From Lama glama (lineage: Eukaryota), in assembly GCA_028534125.1 (NCBI GenBank), contig CM052816.1, positions 4,528,001 to 4,592,000 of the forward strand: a stretch of DNA of 64,000 nucleotides, in the 5' to 3' direction. Position 1 is the first letter of the stretch. Every line of letters starts with the position of its first letter. The notes under the pieces were generated by a model. It was not told the DNA's origin, made no database searches, and worked only from the letters and a program-made list of their open reading frames with translations. The position numbers and the translations under genes are program-made. Positions 50,549-63,072 of this stretch are shown here, one piece after another.

Positions 50549-51639
50549 GGCCTAATATTAATCTGAAAGCAGCATAACAGTGTAGCATGGAGTAAACTCA
50601 GATGAACAGATAAATCTGTCTACAATCCCATTGTGTGTGAGACTTCTGACCACCCCAAAGGCATGGTGTTCCCATGATGGCTTCCTTGTTATTCCAAACC
50701 AAACATATCAGAGGCCTTCTGCAAACATCTGGCTAAAGTCTGGAGTTCTCTTCAAGCAGAGACAATTCTACTGTCCCCTGAGAAAGAGTTTCAAAGAGAA
50801 GAAGATAAAAGTGGGGTTCCTGGCCCACTGGTAATGTCCAAAAACAGGAAAGACAAGACTCCAAGTGGAGACAGCATCAGAAACCTCTCCATTTGCTTTG
50901 TTACATGGGTTACCATGGAGACAGGAGGAGTGGTCTTGAAGGAGACTGCTGAAAACAATATAAAATCATGACTTATAAAATTTTTATTTAAGTATCTCTC
51001 CCTGAGTCAGGCTCGTAACTGAATATTGCCCAGATTCCTGTAATAAAACAGCTCAAGTCTTTGCTGGTCTCTAACTTCTTTTAAGTAACCCAGGGACACT
51101 AAAGGCCCAAACTGCCTGGAAAGTGGGTCTTGCTTATTGTAATAATATAGCTTCTTTCACATAAAATCAAGCTTGTGCCTTTTAAATGTAATAAACTGTT
51201 AATCTTGAATCCCACAAGTCAATCCTGGAACCCAGTACTATTCTACAGAATTCACAAGTGAGAAGAATTTATTTCCTTCTTTTTACTTCTAAAGTAAATA
51301 ATAGCTCTCCCTGAGAAAAACATTGTACAGATTCTACAGAGCCACTGTTGTCCACTGCAACCTCTTACTCATTTCAGACTCCGTTTCTGTGGGTTCCTGG
51401 AGTCAGACCCTGGCTTCCCTCTTTTCCCTCACACATACACAAAAGGAAGAAGAGGCTATCTCCTCCTTCGAAGGCAACACTAAAAAGACCACTTCTCAGA
51501 ACAGCCTGGGGTAAAAACCCAGTCGGAATAGTTCTTGACTCCCAATCTGCATCCACCATTTTCCTTGATCATGTTCCCATTGCTTCAAAATAGTCACCAC
51601 AATCATATATTGCTTTATTTGCGTATTATTTCTCTGGCT

Positions 51640-51755
51640 TCCATACACAATACTGGCTTCAGAAAGACAGCATCCATGTCTTTCCATCAATGCCTGGAAT
51701 AGAGTTTGGAACACAGATGGGGCTGAATAAATGTGTGTTGAGTGGCTAAATGAAT
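51640..51755 (+). mobile_element. L2 3' terminus
   Basis: atgcctggaatagagtttggaacacagatggggctgaataaatgtgtgttgagtg. Confidence 0.7.
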
Positions 51756-53197
51756 TTTTAAGTGAAAGGGAGTCATGTGATTTTTTTTCAAATCCTTGCA
51801 GCTTTTCATGTCTCTTAGACAATTACAAAAGCCAGTATCCAAACTTTCCCAGAGTTCCCTTGCCCCAAGAATAGTAACTTCTCTGCACGTAGCACAGACT
51901 ACTCCCTGCTGGAATCACCCGACAGTATTTACGGAGAGCTCAGGGCTGAGTCAGCAAATGTCCTAGAGGCATGCATCTTTATCGTAGGGCTGCAGGAAGG
52001 CAGGAAATCCCAGTCCTCCCACAGCTACTTGCCAATAAACACAATAAAGATGAAATCTCCCAGAGCTCTGGGAGATGATGTTCCAAACTCCTGCTGTTTG
52101 TATTGGCTACAGGTAAACCCATGAAAGAAACTGATTCTGGTCCCTGAAGTCGCTACAATAAACATTACCTATGTGCAGTGATGGGAATATTGATGGAGAA
52201 GGATGAGTCTTTTGTTGAGAGTGCAACTGATTCTCCAAAAAAATCAACAAGTTATTGGCAGAGTGCCTGCTGACAGTTGACTTGAAAAGGAATTTTACAA
52301 AGTTATTTTTTAACAAAGAGCTCTACTTTCTTAGGGTGAGTGTGACTGAATTTGGTGGAAGATGGTAGAAGACCTAGGTTTAAGCCAAAACCAAGATGGA
52401 TATTGTCAGTCAAGAAGTATGTTTAACTTAAGCTTAGGGTTCTCTATAGAGGTAGGTGAGCCTTTCAAAACATAAAGGATTTCGAGTTGTAGACTATAGG
52501 TAAGAGGGAACTCGTTGCACTGGGACTCTGGATGCACTGATGGAACTGGGACATGAAGGCCCAGCGACACAAGGGATCCTTGCAGCCTAAACCACTAGCC
52601 CCCAACTCAGGATCTGGAATTCACTTCACCCCCAAGGTCTGGGACAGAACCTGTAGGTCTGAAAGCGAACTCTCTTGAGAACAAGGACTTTCCATTAGCC
52701 ATCCCTTGGCCTGGCCCACTTCCTCAGACATGGGAGATGCCAGAAAAGTGTGCAATGCAGGGGTGAATAAAGGTGCTGTGCTCCATAACTTTAAAGCCTG
52801 GGGATACAGAGGCAGAGCATCGGTGGTGTTTTCCTTCCTGCGCAAAGGTATTTCCTGAGTGTGAAAAAGTACCACCAGCACTACCTGTGTTGCCCATTTA
52901 TGAAAGGAGAGAGTGTGATACCACCACCTACAGAGCATTTTTAAAGAGCCATTGGGAGTCTAGGGCCTAAAAGGCCCTTTGGGCTCCCTCTGAGTTGGAT
53001 GAGTGGGGCAGGTGACAGAAGACGAGAGAGAAGAGCTACCACTTTCTCCCACTGAGAACCAGTCAGAAGGCTTTCATCTGGAGAGTGCCACTGGGGAGCC
53101 TTTAGAAACTCTTCTGTTGAAACTCATAAATAGAAATAATACTACTTTGTATTCAAAGCATGTTTACACATTTTGTTTTCTTTTAAGTTCTTAAAGC

Positions 53198-53320
53198 TCT
53201 TCCGCATCCGTAAAATGAGATGAGGATTCCTAAATTAAAGGACAGTGTTGAAGAGAAGGTAGGGTTTGTACAAGGCTTGGTGTTTTGGGTGACCTACAGT
53301 AAGTATGCGATAAATGGCCA
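53198..53320 (+). mobile_element. MIR fragment
   Basis: catccgtaaaatgag...acagtaagtatgcgataaatgg. Confidence 0.6.
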
Positions 53321-53348
53321 CTGCTGTTATCATGACTGGTACTATTGC

Positions 53349-53765
53349 TGTTGCTGTTCCCCACTGGGTTTCCTGGGACAGATTAGTGTGCAAGGCCTTT
53401 ATTGGGGAGCACTTTCACAATCAACACCTGTGGAAGAGAGGCAAAGGAAGCCGTGTTGTGGAGGTGGAAGTTAACTATGACCAGTCCCCGCCAAGGTCTC
53501 TCTCGGTCCCACAGAGGGCTCTGGATCATGCTGGCTCTTTAGAACTGTCACTGACCGGGGCCAGGAGACTGGGTCCTTACACCCCAACGGTGATGAGTCA
53601 TTACTGGAGGCCGCCCTAGGAGGAGGAAGGCTTTAGAGAAGGCCTGAAATTTTCCTTAGCAGAGGCCATCTCCAAAGACAGCTCCAAGCTGAGGGCCATC
53701 TTCTAAAGCCTATTCCAGAAGCTGACAGGGTAAATCACTCATTCCTGAGGTATCTAGGTGTGTCA
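53349..53765 (-). mobile_element. ERVL solo LTR (LTR33-like)
   Basis: gattagtgtgcaaggcctttattggggagcac...atcaacacctgtggaagagagg. Confidence 0.75.
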
Positions 53766-55012
53766 ATTTGCCCCAATTAGTTAATAAGAGGAGTACTTCA
53801 AAGAGCTTCTATGACTCGTCCAAGGCCACAGTCAGTAAACAGCAGTGCTGAGAATGAAAGTTGTCCTCTGACTCTAATCTGTCCTCTGCAGAGGCCCAGG
53901 ACTCTTCTGCAACACTTGGCATTTCTCTCCTTTACTGTGTCAGCAAGTGCTCAGCCCTTCTGAGCCCACACAGATCAGGGAACATCTGTTTAATGTAGTT
54001 CCTGAGTCTTTTCCTAAGGATCAGTTAGCTGAGTTTACTCAAAAAAAAAAAAAATTAAAAAAAAATAATGAGAATGAGATTTTTTTCACATTATATTTAC
54101 CCTTATAAATATCATCTTTCCACCCTGTCCCCACTCGTTTGAAACACATGCACACACACAACAGAAAGCCCCAAAGGGTCTGTTTAAGGAAAGATTTTGA
54201 CCATAGACCTACCAAATTTGAATTTCTAGGGATGGAACCCTGTATTCTGCTCTTTCCACAAGCACACTGAAGTCTGCAAACTACCACTATAAATTCACCA
54301 TATCGCTGGTCCAAAGTTACGATCACATTTATTTCTTTGTGCCTATGAACTGACTCCAAAAGCAATTCTTAGAATCAAAGATTTCTCAAGTTAAAAGATA
54401 TCTTGGAGATTATTACATCACCATTTTTGAAAAGAAAGAATTGGACCAGAAAGGAAGGGTGACTTGCCCAGGGTAAAAGAAGAGGCTAATGAGCAGAACC
54501 AGCCCCCAACTCCTGGGGCTGGGCCTTCATTATGACTCCGACAAGCTTCAAAGAGGAGTTTCAAACCAGTTTCCAGAATTAAAGCAACGTTAAAAAAAAA
54601 AATTCCAAGACTATTGTCAACAACATTGTGATGGAAAACATCTAACATGATCGTTAGAGTGAATACTAGATACCACCCTCTCCCCCAGTTTCCTATAACT
54701 GCTCCCAACTGACATATCTTGTGACTGGAGACAAGGGAAGCCTACTTATCTGAGCTTGGTTTACCCAATGGGAAGAGAAGACATGAAAGCCATCAACGCT
54801 GAAAGGAACAGTATTTCTTTCTACTTCAGTTTTATAATTTATTCTTGTTCAGAAGTGAGGTTGGGTTTCCAAATCTGTTCCTTAGAGAAGGAGGCAGAGA
54901 GAAGGGGGGTACTACACTTCAGAACAGGGTCACATTTCAGATTATTTTTTTTACATCTGAAATCTCTCTTTTCAAATTGCTTTGCATAATAGCAATTATA
55001 GGTACACCAATA

Positions 55013-55042
<30 letters not shown>
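55013..55042. repeat. (ATG)10 trinucleotide repeat
   Basis: Read directly; explains the poly-Met and poly-His ORFs. Confidence 0.97.
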
Positions 55043-55043
<1 letters not shown>

Positions 55044-55999
55044 CAGAAAATCAACCTAGTTTCTTCTTTATTAAGTCTCCACACTCAGTGACTCAAATAA
55101 GCATAAAATGTGAAAGATGTGGCTGCTTCTATTGGCATCTGTGGTTCTCCAGGTCCCCAAATGGCCTGTTGTTAATTTCATTTATAGCAAATTGAGGGCA
55201 TAAATAAACTCCTAATTTGGGTGCCTATGAAAATATGGCAGGCTGGCATGCCAGCACAGCCAAAAATCTGCTTTAACTGGTGTTCCTGCCCATTAATTCT
55301 ATTAAAAGTTGCTAAACTCAGAGCCCAGCTTAGAGTCAAATATAGAGAGCTTCTGAGCCTGTTTAGAAAGGGAATCTGGGATGATGGGGAGCCCCAGCCA
55401 AGAAGTCAAGAGGCTAAAGGCTCTACTTTTGGCTTCCACCAACACATAGTATATGTTTAGAAAACACTTTTCTCTCCCAGTTCCTCAAGCACTGCAACTT
55501 CTGCTGAGTGATTTTTATAATCGAGCCTTGTTACCTGGAGTTATTCATAGTATCTGTGGCTAAAGGAACTTTGGGACATCCCATGGACCATAACTCTGTC
55601 TCAAGTTATCCTGACTTATCATCATCCCAGAAAAAAAAAAAACTCACTTCGTTTTCAATAAAAACAAAAAATAAAAGGAACACAGATACAGTCTCAGCAG
55701 TGAGGTAACCACAGACAGGACCTAAGAACACAGAGGTCAAGAGACTGGTCATCTCTGTTACTCGCTAATCACTTATTGGTCACAAGTCCTTGCTCCTCCC
55801 AGAATCAGCCTAGACTAGAGTCAGCTGACTATTACAATTCAACATGAAGTTCCTCAATAACAACGTTAGTCAGAAATGTCTTCTCTCTTGCCACCAAAAA
55901 AATTCCATTTAGAAATGTATTAGATTCAAAATAGGAGCCTCTGAAGAAGTAGGGAATGACTAGCAGGCATTATACGTTAGCATAGATTTCACAGTACCA

Positions 56000-56375
56000 G
56001 TTGTATCAATGAGGATTCTTTGTGTGCCATAAATAGGAATTAATTCTGACCAAACTTAAGGGAGAAAGTGGAATTTAACCAGAGGATCTGGGGTAACTCA
56101 TAGACTTGAAGGAAAAGCCAATTAACCAGGAGTCAAAGAACTCTGTCAGAAGGACTGCTCGAAGTTTCCAACCCCCAGGAGAAAGAACCTGAGTGATCAG
56201 TGCTGGCCCACTGGCTGCCCACTATCTACTGCTCATCCCTACTCTGGGCCAGGGGCAGGGATCATATTCAGGAGCCTCAGCAGAATGTCAAGGAACCATG
56301 CACATGGTCATTCCTCAAAAGGAAGAGTGCTGGACAGAAGAAGCAAGATGCTCCACCCCATGCAAGCATCAGCAA
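56000..56375 (-). mobile_element. Old MaLR LTR (MLT1K/L-like)
   Basis: tgtatcaatgaggattctt...ctgaccaaacttaagg...ggatctggggtaactcatagacttgaaggaa. Confidence 0.55.
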
Positions 56376-57019
56376 ACATGTATGTTTACTGGTAGGGATT
56401 TTTCTAACTATAAAACTCATGCATCTTTAATACATAAAATGTGCCAGACAGAGAAAGAGATTACATCTCACTTCGTAGAAGGGAGAGGGAAGGAAGATGG
56501 AATCAAAACATCCTGTGGCTAAGTCTCCGAGAAATAAACAGGAGATTTTCAGACTTCTGGGAAAAGAAGAGGAAAATCCATCCGAGCTACTTCTAAATGT
56601 CTTTAGCTCTCACAATTACTCCATGACTTGCTTAGAAAATGAAACACATGTTATTAGCTGGACTGTTTCTTGCTAGATGATAAATGATACAATCTAATCA
56701 GACAGTAGACTCACCAAAGAAAGAGCCATCTCTCATTTACCAAGGCAAAAAACCTTCCAAAAAAATCTTAAGAAAAGATAAAATGTACATGAAAGAGCTT
56801 AAAAAGCTATAAGCCAGTATTACAACTCTAAGATCTTTGTCTTCTGTATTATTATACAACATATTGTTGGGAGTAACACAAGGAAAGAGTATGCAGTAGT
56901 TGTCATAGCAGTAACTGAGAGAACCCACAAACCCTTGGCTACACACATTTCCTCTCCTCTGCTGGTGGGGTCCTCATAGATGGTACAGAAGTTAGGGCTC
57001 TGAGTGCATGCTTCTGATA

Positions 57020-57408
57020 ACTAATGTGACAAAGGGAGAAGCCACAGCCATCCCACATGACTTAGAGACCTAGCCACAGTGACCACTGGTCCAATTAGAG
57101 TGAACTTCAGGAAAACTGTAGGATTCATGGAGAAGAGACCAGCTGAAAAGACATAGGCCAGAGCTGCTACAGCCATCTGGTCACCAGGGGAAAGCTGGAA
57201 TGAGGACAGAGCCAAGAGAGAAAACAGGCTGAGAGACTAGAAGGAGAAATCAAGTCCTGGTGAACTGTTTACGCTCCTGCATCCAGCGAGGCTGGAAGTA
57301 CACTCTACCATTAGTATTTCTCAGTTACAGGAGCCAATTAAGACCCATTTTTGTCTAAAGAAGAGTCAAAAATTTTTGTCACTTCTAACCAAAAGAATCC
57401 TACCTAAC
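57020..57408 (+). mobile_element. MaLR LTR (MLT1J/K-like)
   Basis: agagctgctacagccatct...ttctcagttacaggagccaat...tgtcacttctaaccaaaagaatcctacctaa. Confidence 0.7.
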
Positions 57409-58084
57409 TTTCTCAATGTGTAAAAGTGATTCCTAAAGAGACTGAAGGTCTTGCCCAAGGTCAGCTGAGGAGGTTCATGAACACAGATCTCCCAATCCCC
57501 AGCTCAGAGTAGATTCTACTGCACTCCATGACTCTTATCCGTTGGCATCAATAAAAATGCCTTCCTCCCTTTCAAACAGAAAGGGTTTAAATATTTTCTG
57601 ACCTGGAATCACCTATGCAGTGACCCAGACCCCAATTCACAGTGTTCTCATCTGCTCAGGACAACAGAGCCACTGGACATAATTTCCAAATGTGCAGAGT
57701 CACAGTGTCTTTAATTACCTCTGTGACATGGAGCAAGAGCTATGCACCCGACTGTCCTCCTCAGCGTGGTTTCTATGGTATGGCCACAGACAGCTTCTAA
57801 ATTTAAGCTCGCACTGCCTTTTAATTGGGTGGTTATGTGTTGTTTCCCGCCCACTCTTGCTACTAGCTTAGCCTGGGGCTACTAATTACCAGCAGGACCG
57901 GTCAGTTGTCATGTCTGCACCAGCTCCATCATTTCCGACATCCTCACACAATGACAGGCTTGCCCTTTTCCCTTAAGCAAATCTGGGTTAGCCAGCATTT
58001 GGCTTCATTTTCTTGAGTGCAGGATATCGGTATTCCTGCCTGTGACTTAAATGACTTTAGTGGAGTTTTCTGCAACTAAAATGT

Positions 58085-58740
58085 GTCTGTTCACTCAACA
58101 AATACCTATTTATTCAGGATCTTCTCTGAGCCTGGTCATCTGCCAGGCCCTGAGTATCCAGAAGAGAGCTCAGTGGACACGGTTTTGACCTCATGGAGCC
58201 TACTGTCCAGTGGGAGAGGTGGACGACAACCAAGCAAAGAGTCAAATAAGGACAAGTTGTGTTCTGGGCCAAAAAAGAAGGAGAAAATGCTATGAGGGAG
58301 AAATAGGAGAACCTAATTTACACGGGAGGAAGAAGGCAAGGAGATGATAGTCAAGCTGAGACCTGAAGGGTGGGAAGGTGGCTCTCGGGTCAGAGTGAAG
58401 AGCAGAGAATTTCACAGATGGACAAGCCACAGAGAAACCCAGAGGCAGGAAGGCTGTTGATGGATTCAGAGACATGAGAGAAGGCTGGACCTTAGCAAGA
58501 AAGGGAGAGCAAGCTGAAGGTGAAGGTTAGGAAGGGCCTTGAAGGCCACCTGAAGAAAGGTAGATTTTATTCTACATGTGACAGACGCCATTGGAGAGTT
58601 CATTCAAACATGTATTCTGTCGAAGAGTCAAGAGCTGACTGAACATTTACCGTGGGTCAGGCACCACTGCAGGCACTGAGAATACATGGGCACAACAGGA
58701 ACACAAAATCCCCGTGCCTGGAGCTTATACCCTAGATGAT
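58085..58740 (-). mobile_element. L2 fragments (two 3' ends)
   Basis: ttcactcaacaaata...cctcatggagcctactgtccagtgggaga; second piece ttcattcaaaca...actgaacatttaccgtgggtcaggcac. Confidence 0.75.
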
Positions 58741-59344
58741 GACTCTACTTCAGAGACGTTTTATCTGCTCCACATTAGTAAAAAGAGCACTCTGATTCTC
58801 TGGAAGAAACGAAGAACGGCAGTGGGACAGCTCTCCTATGGTTCCTGCAGGAGGCACAGAGAAGCATGAAGGCTTCCTGCACTGCACACTGCGGGGCAGG
58901 ACTCCCGATGCCCCACTAGAAAGGCATTTTGTGCCACTTTGTGGCTAACGCAGTAATGGCTCCATTATTTCATCTCCCCAGTGGTCAAAAGCAGTATTTC
59001 TGGGAGGGCTGGCTAGAGCTGAATGGCAGTCTATGGACCAGAAACGACCAGAGCTGGGCAGCATCTTTGAGACTCATTGAAGCAAGAAGCTATGCACATC
59101 TCGACTGCATGGTGGGTACAGCCCTCAGGAGACAAGAAAAATATATGGCCGATTCCTCAGTCCACCCAAGTAAGACGTTCCTTTCTCTTGATGACCTCAT
59201 TATCTTTCCGTGGTTTTCCTTTTCTTTCCATCCCTTTATTTTGTGCACACACATACATAGTCTTTTAAGACAAAATGAAAGCAAATTGGGCCCCACAGAG
59301 AAAATGCATTCAGAACCATGATCATGTAATCAGAATAAGCTAAT

Positions 59345-59552
59345 CCAGCTTTTCTCCAAGTGTAATCCCGTAATCATCCGTATCTATATCAGGAGCACTG
59401 AAAAGTACATATATGTCCAGATTTCTCTGGGTCCAAATCCTCTCACTCCCCCAGGACTTTTGGAAACTAAATCTCCTGGGGGTGAAGCTCGGGAATCCTC
59501 ATTTTTTCACGTATTATGTAAGGATTCTCCTGCTTCAATTCTCTCACCACGA
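59345..59552. mobile_element. MER5-like hAT MITE (diverged)
   Basis: cagcttttctccaagtgt...aatctcctgggggtgaagctcgggaatcctcatttt...gagaactgc. Confidence 0.5.
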
Positions 59553-59671
59553 GAACTGCCACGTTCAACTAAAGTAAACCATGTCGTTTAAATGTCTGCT
59601 CACTTCTCCGTGATTAAGGTAATATTACACGGTATCTAAAAGCCCTTCTTTCACTAAGATTCAGTGAGAAG

Positions 59672-59850
59672 CGGGATGTCACAGAGGTTAAGAGGTGAGG
59701 AAGATCTAGGTTCAAATGCTAGCTCCAGTAATAACTACCTATGTAACCATGACAAGTTATTTAATCCCATTAAATCTTAGTTTTCCTCATCTGGAAAATG
59801 GAGACAATACCGTATCAAATATTTATTGTGAGGATTAAATGAAGCAACAA
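59672..59850 (+). mobile_element. MIR SINE
   Basis: gatctaggttcaaatgctagctcc...caagttatttaatc...ttttcctcatctggaaaatgg...ttgtgaggattaaatga. Confidence 0.85.
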
Positions 59851-59908
59851 GGTGAAATCTTCAGGGTAGATCTGTTTCATGATATGTCCTTAATATATAA
59901 TGATGATG

Positions 59909-60408
59909 NNNNNNNNNNNNNNNNNNNNNNNNNNNNNNNNNNNNNNNNNNNNNNNNNNNNNNNNNNNNNNNNNNNNNNNNNNNNNNNNNNNNNNNNNNNN
60001 NNNNNNNNNNNNNNNNNNNNNNNNNNNNNNNNNNNNNNNNNNNNNNNNNNNNNNNNNNNNNNNNNNNNNNNNNNNNNNNNNNNNNNNNNNNNNNNNNNNN
60101 NNNNNNNNNNNNNNNNNNNNNNNNNNNNNNNNNNNNNNNNNNNNNNNNNNNNNNNNNNNNNNNNNNNNNNNNNNNNNNNNNNNNNNNNNNNNNNNNNNNN
60201 NNNNNNNNNNNNNNNNNNNNNNNNNNNNNNNNNNNNNNNNNNNNNNNNNNNNNNNNNNNNNNNNNNNNNNNNNNNNNNNNNNNNNNNNNNNNNNNNNNNN
60301 NNNNNNNNNNNNNNNNNNNNNNNNNNNNNNNNNNNNNNNNNNNNNNNNNNNNNNNNNNNNNNNNNNNNNNNNNNNNNNNNNNNNNNNNNNNNNNNNNNNN
60401 NNNNNNNN
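59909..60408. other. Assembly gap (500 N)
   Basis: Run of exactly 500 N. Confidence 0.99.
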
Positions 60409-61290
60409 CAATGAGGTGTCACCTCACACCAGTGAGAATGGCCATCATTAAAAGTCTACAAATGAAAAATGTAGGAGAAGGTATGGAGAAAAAAGAACCC
60501 TCTTATACTGCTTGTGGGAATGTAATTTGGTACAGCCACTATGGAAAACAATACGGAGATTCTTTAAAAAATGAAAAATAGACTTACCATATGATTCAGC
60601 CATCTCATTACCAGGCATATAACTGAAAAAGACTGTAATTCGAAAAAATACAAGCATGCCAATGTTTATAGCAGCACTATTTGCAATAGCCAAGACATGG
60701 AAACAATCTAAATGTCCATCAACAGATGAATGAGTAAAGAAGATGTGAGATTTTATACACACACACACACACACACACACACAGAATATATATACTACTC
60801 AGCCACACACACACACTCACACACACACAATGGAATACTACTCAGCCATAAAAAAGAATGAAATAATGCCATTTGCAGCAACATGGATGGAACTAGAGAT
60901 TAATACACTAAGTGAAGTAAGTCGGACAGAGAAAGGCAAATGTCATATGGTATCACTTTTATGTGGAATCTAAAAAAAAATGACACAAACTTATTTACCA
61001 AACAGAAAGAAACTCACAGACATAGAAAACAAACTTACAGTTACCAAAGAGAAAAGCAGGGGAAGAATAAACTGGGAGTTTGGAATTAGCAGATACAAAC
61101 TGCCGTATACAGAATAGATAAACAACAAGGTCCTACTGTACAGTACAGGGAACTATATTCAATAACTTGTAATAACCTATAATGAAAAAGAATATAAAAA
61201 AGAATATACATATGTATATGTATAACTGAATTACTATGCTGTACACCAAACAGTAACACAACATTCAACTATACTTCAATTTAAAAAACA
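60409..61290 (+). mobile_element. LINE-1 3' end with internal (AC)n expansion; 5' side lost in the gap
   Basis: cacctcacaccagtgagaatggcc...aatggaatactactcagccataaaaaagaatgaaataatgccatttgcagcaacatggatg...tatacttcaatttaaaaaa. Confidence 0.93.
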
Positions 61291-61600
61291 TCATATACAA
61301 TAGCAGCAAAAGAATATGAACTACTTAAGGATAAATTTGATAAAAGATATGTAAAATCCATACACTGAAAAACTATAAAACCTTGCTAAGAGAAATTTAA
61401 AAGACCTAAATAAATGGAGAATGATACAGTATATATGAAAGGGAACACTCAATATTATTAAGATATCAAATTATTTTCAATTTGCTATATAAAGATTTAA
61501 TCTAATCTCAAACAAAATCCCAGCAGGATTTTAGGGAAATTGATAAGCTGATTCCAAAATTTATATGGAAACATAAAGGAACTAGAGTCACTTAAAAAAT

Positions 61601-61776
61601 ACTGGATTGAATAATTTGTTGTCATGGGGGTTGCTGCTCCCACATGATTAACAGCATTCCCGACTTACCAAAGATAAACAAGTAGCACCTGCCCCAAGTT
61701 ATGACAACCAACGATGTTTCCAGACATTGCCAAATGCCTCCAGGGAACAAAATCATCCCAAATTCAAAGCCAATGA
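61601..61776 (-). mobile_element. MER20-like hAT MITE
   Basis: agttatgacaaccaacgatgtttccagacattgccaaatgcctccagggaacaaaatc. Confidence 0.85.
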
Positions 61777-62625
61777 GCTACAGTAATCAAGATAGTGAGA
61801 TATTTGCATAGGGATAGACAAACCAACAGGGAAAAAAACAGTGTCAAGAAACAGACCCACACATACATGGTCAATTGATTTTTGACAAAGATCCAAAGAC
61901 AATTCAACTGAGGAAAGATAATTTTTTCAACAAATGGCATTGGAACAATTAGATATCAATAAGAAAAAAGGAGAAAAGAAGAAAAACTCAATTAATATCT
62001 CACACCATGTATAAAAAGTAATTCAAAATGAATTCTATACCTAAATATAATATTAAAAATTCAACTTCTAGAATAAAATTTAGGTAAAAACTGTTTGTGA
62101 CCTTGGGTGAGGCAAAGATTTTTAGTTATGGCATTAAAAGCAGGATGTAAAAACAAACAAATTGATCAATTTAATGTAATCAAATTAAAAAAACCACTGC
62201 TAGTCAAATGTGATGAAAAGATAAAAAACAGACTGGGAAAAAATATTTTGAAATCATATATCTGATAAAGGACTTACATGTAGAAAATAAAAAAGCTCTC
62301 AAAGGCAGTAGTATGAAAATTAGCCAATTAAAATTGGTAAAGGATCTGAATGGATATTTTATTAAAGAAGATGTATGAATGGCAATAAGCACATAAAAAG
62401 ATTCTCAATATTATTAGTTATTAAGGAAGTGCAAGTTAAAACCCCCAATAAAATACCACCATAAACCTACCTGAATGGCCAAAGTTAACAATGGATCATA
62501 CTGAGTGCCGGTGAGCACGTGGAGGAACTAGAACTCTTACACACTGCTGCTCACAATGTAAAATGGTACAATTGCTTTGGAACACAATTAGGCAGTTTCT
62601 TAAAAATTTAAATATACACCTACAC

Positions 62626-63072
62626 TATATTAGTTCATTACGGTTGCCATAACAAAGTACCACAAATTGAGTGTCTTAAACAGAGATTCAATGTCTCATG
62701 ACATGATTCTGAATAGAAGTTCAAGATCAAGGTGGTGGCAGTGCTGGTCCTTCTGAGTGCTGTGAGAAAAAATCTGTTCCAGGTGTCTCCCTAGATTCTG
62801 GTGGTTGTTGGCAGTCTTTGGCATTCCTTGGCTTGCAGAAGCATCACCTCATCTCTGCTTTCTCATTATATGGCATATTTCCTGTGTGTGTGTTTTCATG
62901 TCCAAACTTTCCCTTTCTGTAAGGACACCAGCTATATTGGATGAAGGCTCCCTTAATGACCTCATTTTACCTTAATGACCTCTATAAAGACTCTGTCTCC
63001 AGATAAGGTCACATTACTGGGGTTTAGAACCCCAACATATCTTTTTCAGGGTACAAAATTCAACCCTTATCA
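62626..63072 (-). mobile_element. MaLR solo LTR (MLT1C-like)
   Basis: gttgccataacaaagtaccacaaa...ctttggcattccttggcttgcaga...taaggacaccag; 5-bp TSD tacac/cacac. Confidence 0.9.

Noticed and set aside
54839..55195. Poly-His and poly-Met ORFs
   Set aside because: Translation of the (ATG)10 microsatellite; no other coding signal.
58912..58927. CTCF-like ccactagaaaggca
   Set aside because: An extra base shifts the GGC out of register with the consensus.
60755..60850. Duplicated atactactcagcc flanking (AC)n tracts as a spacer-repeat array
   Set aside because: Only two copies; local slippage duplication within an L1 3' region.
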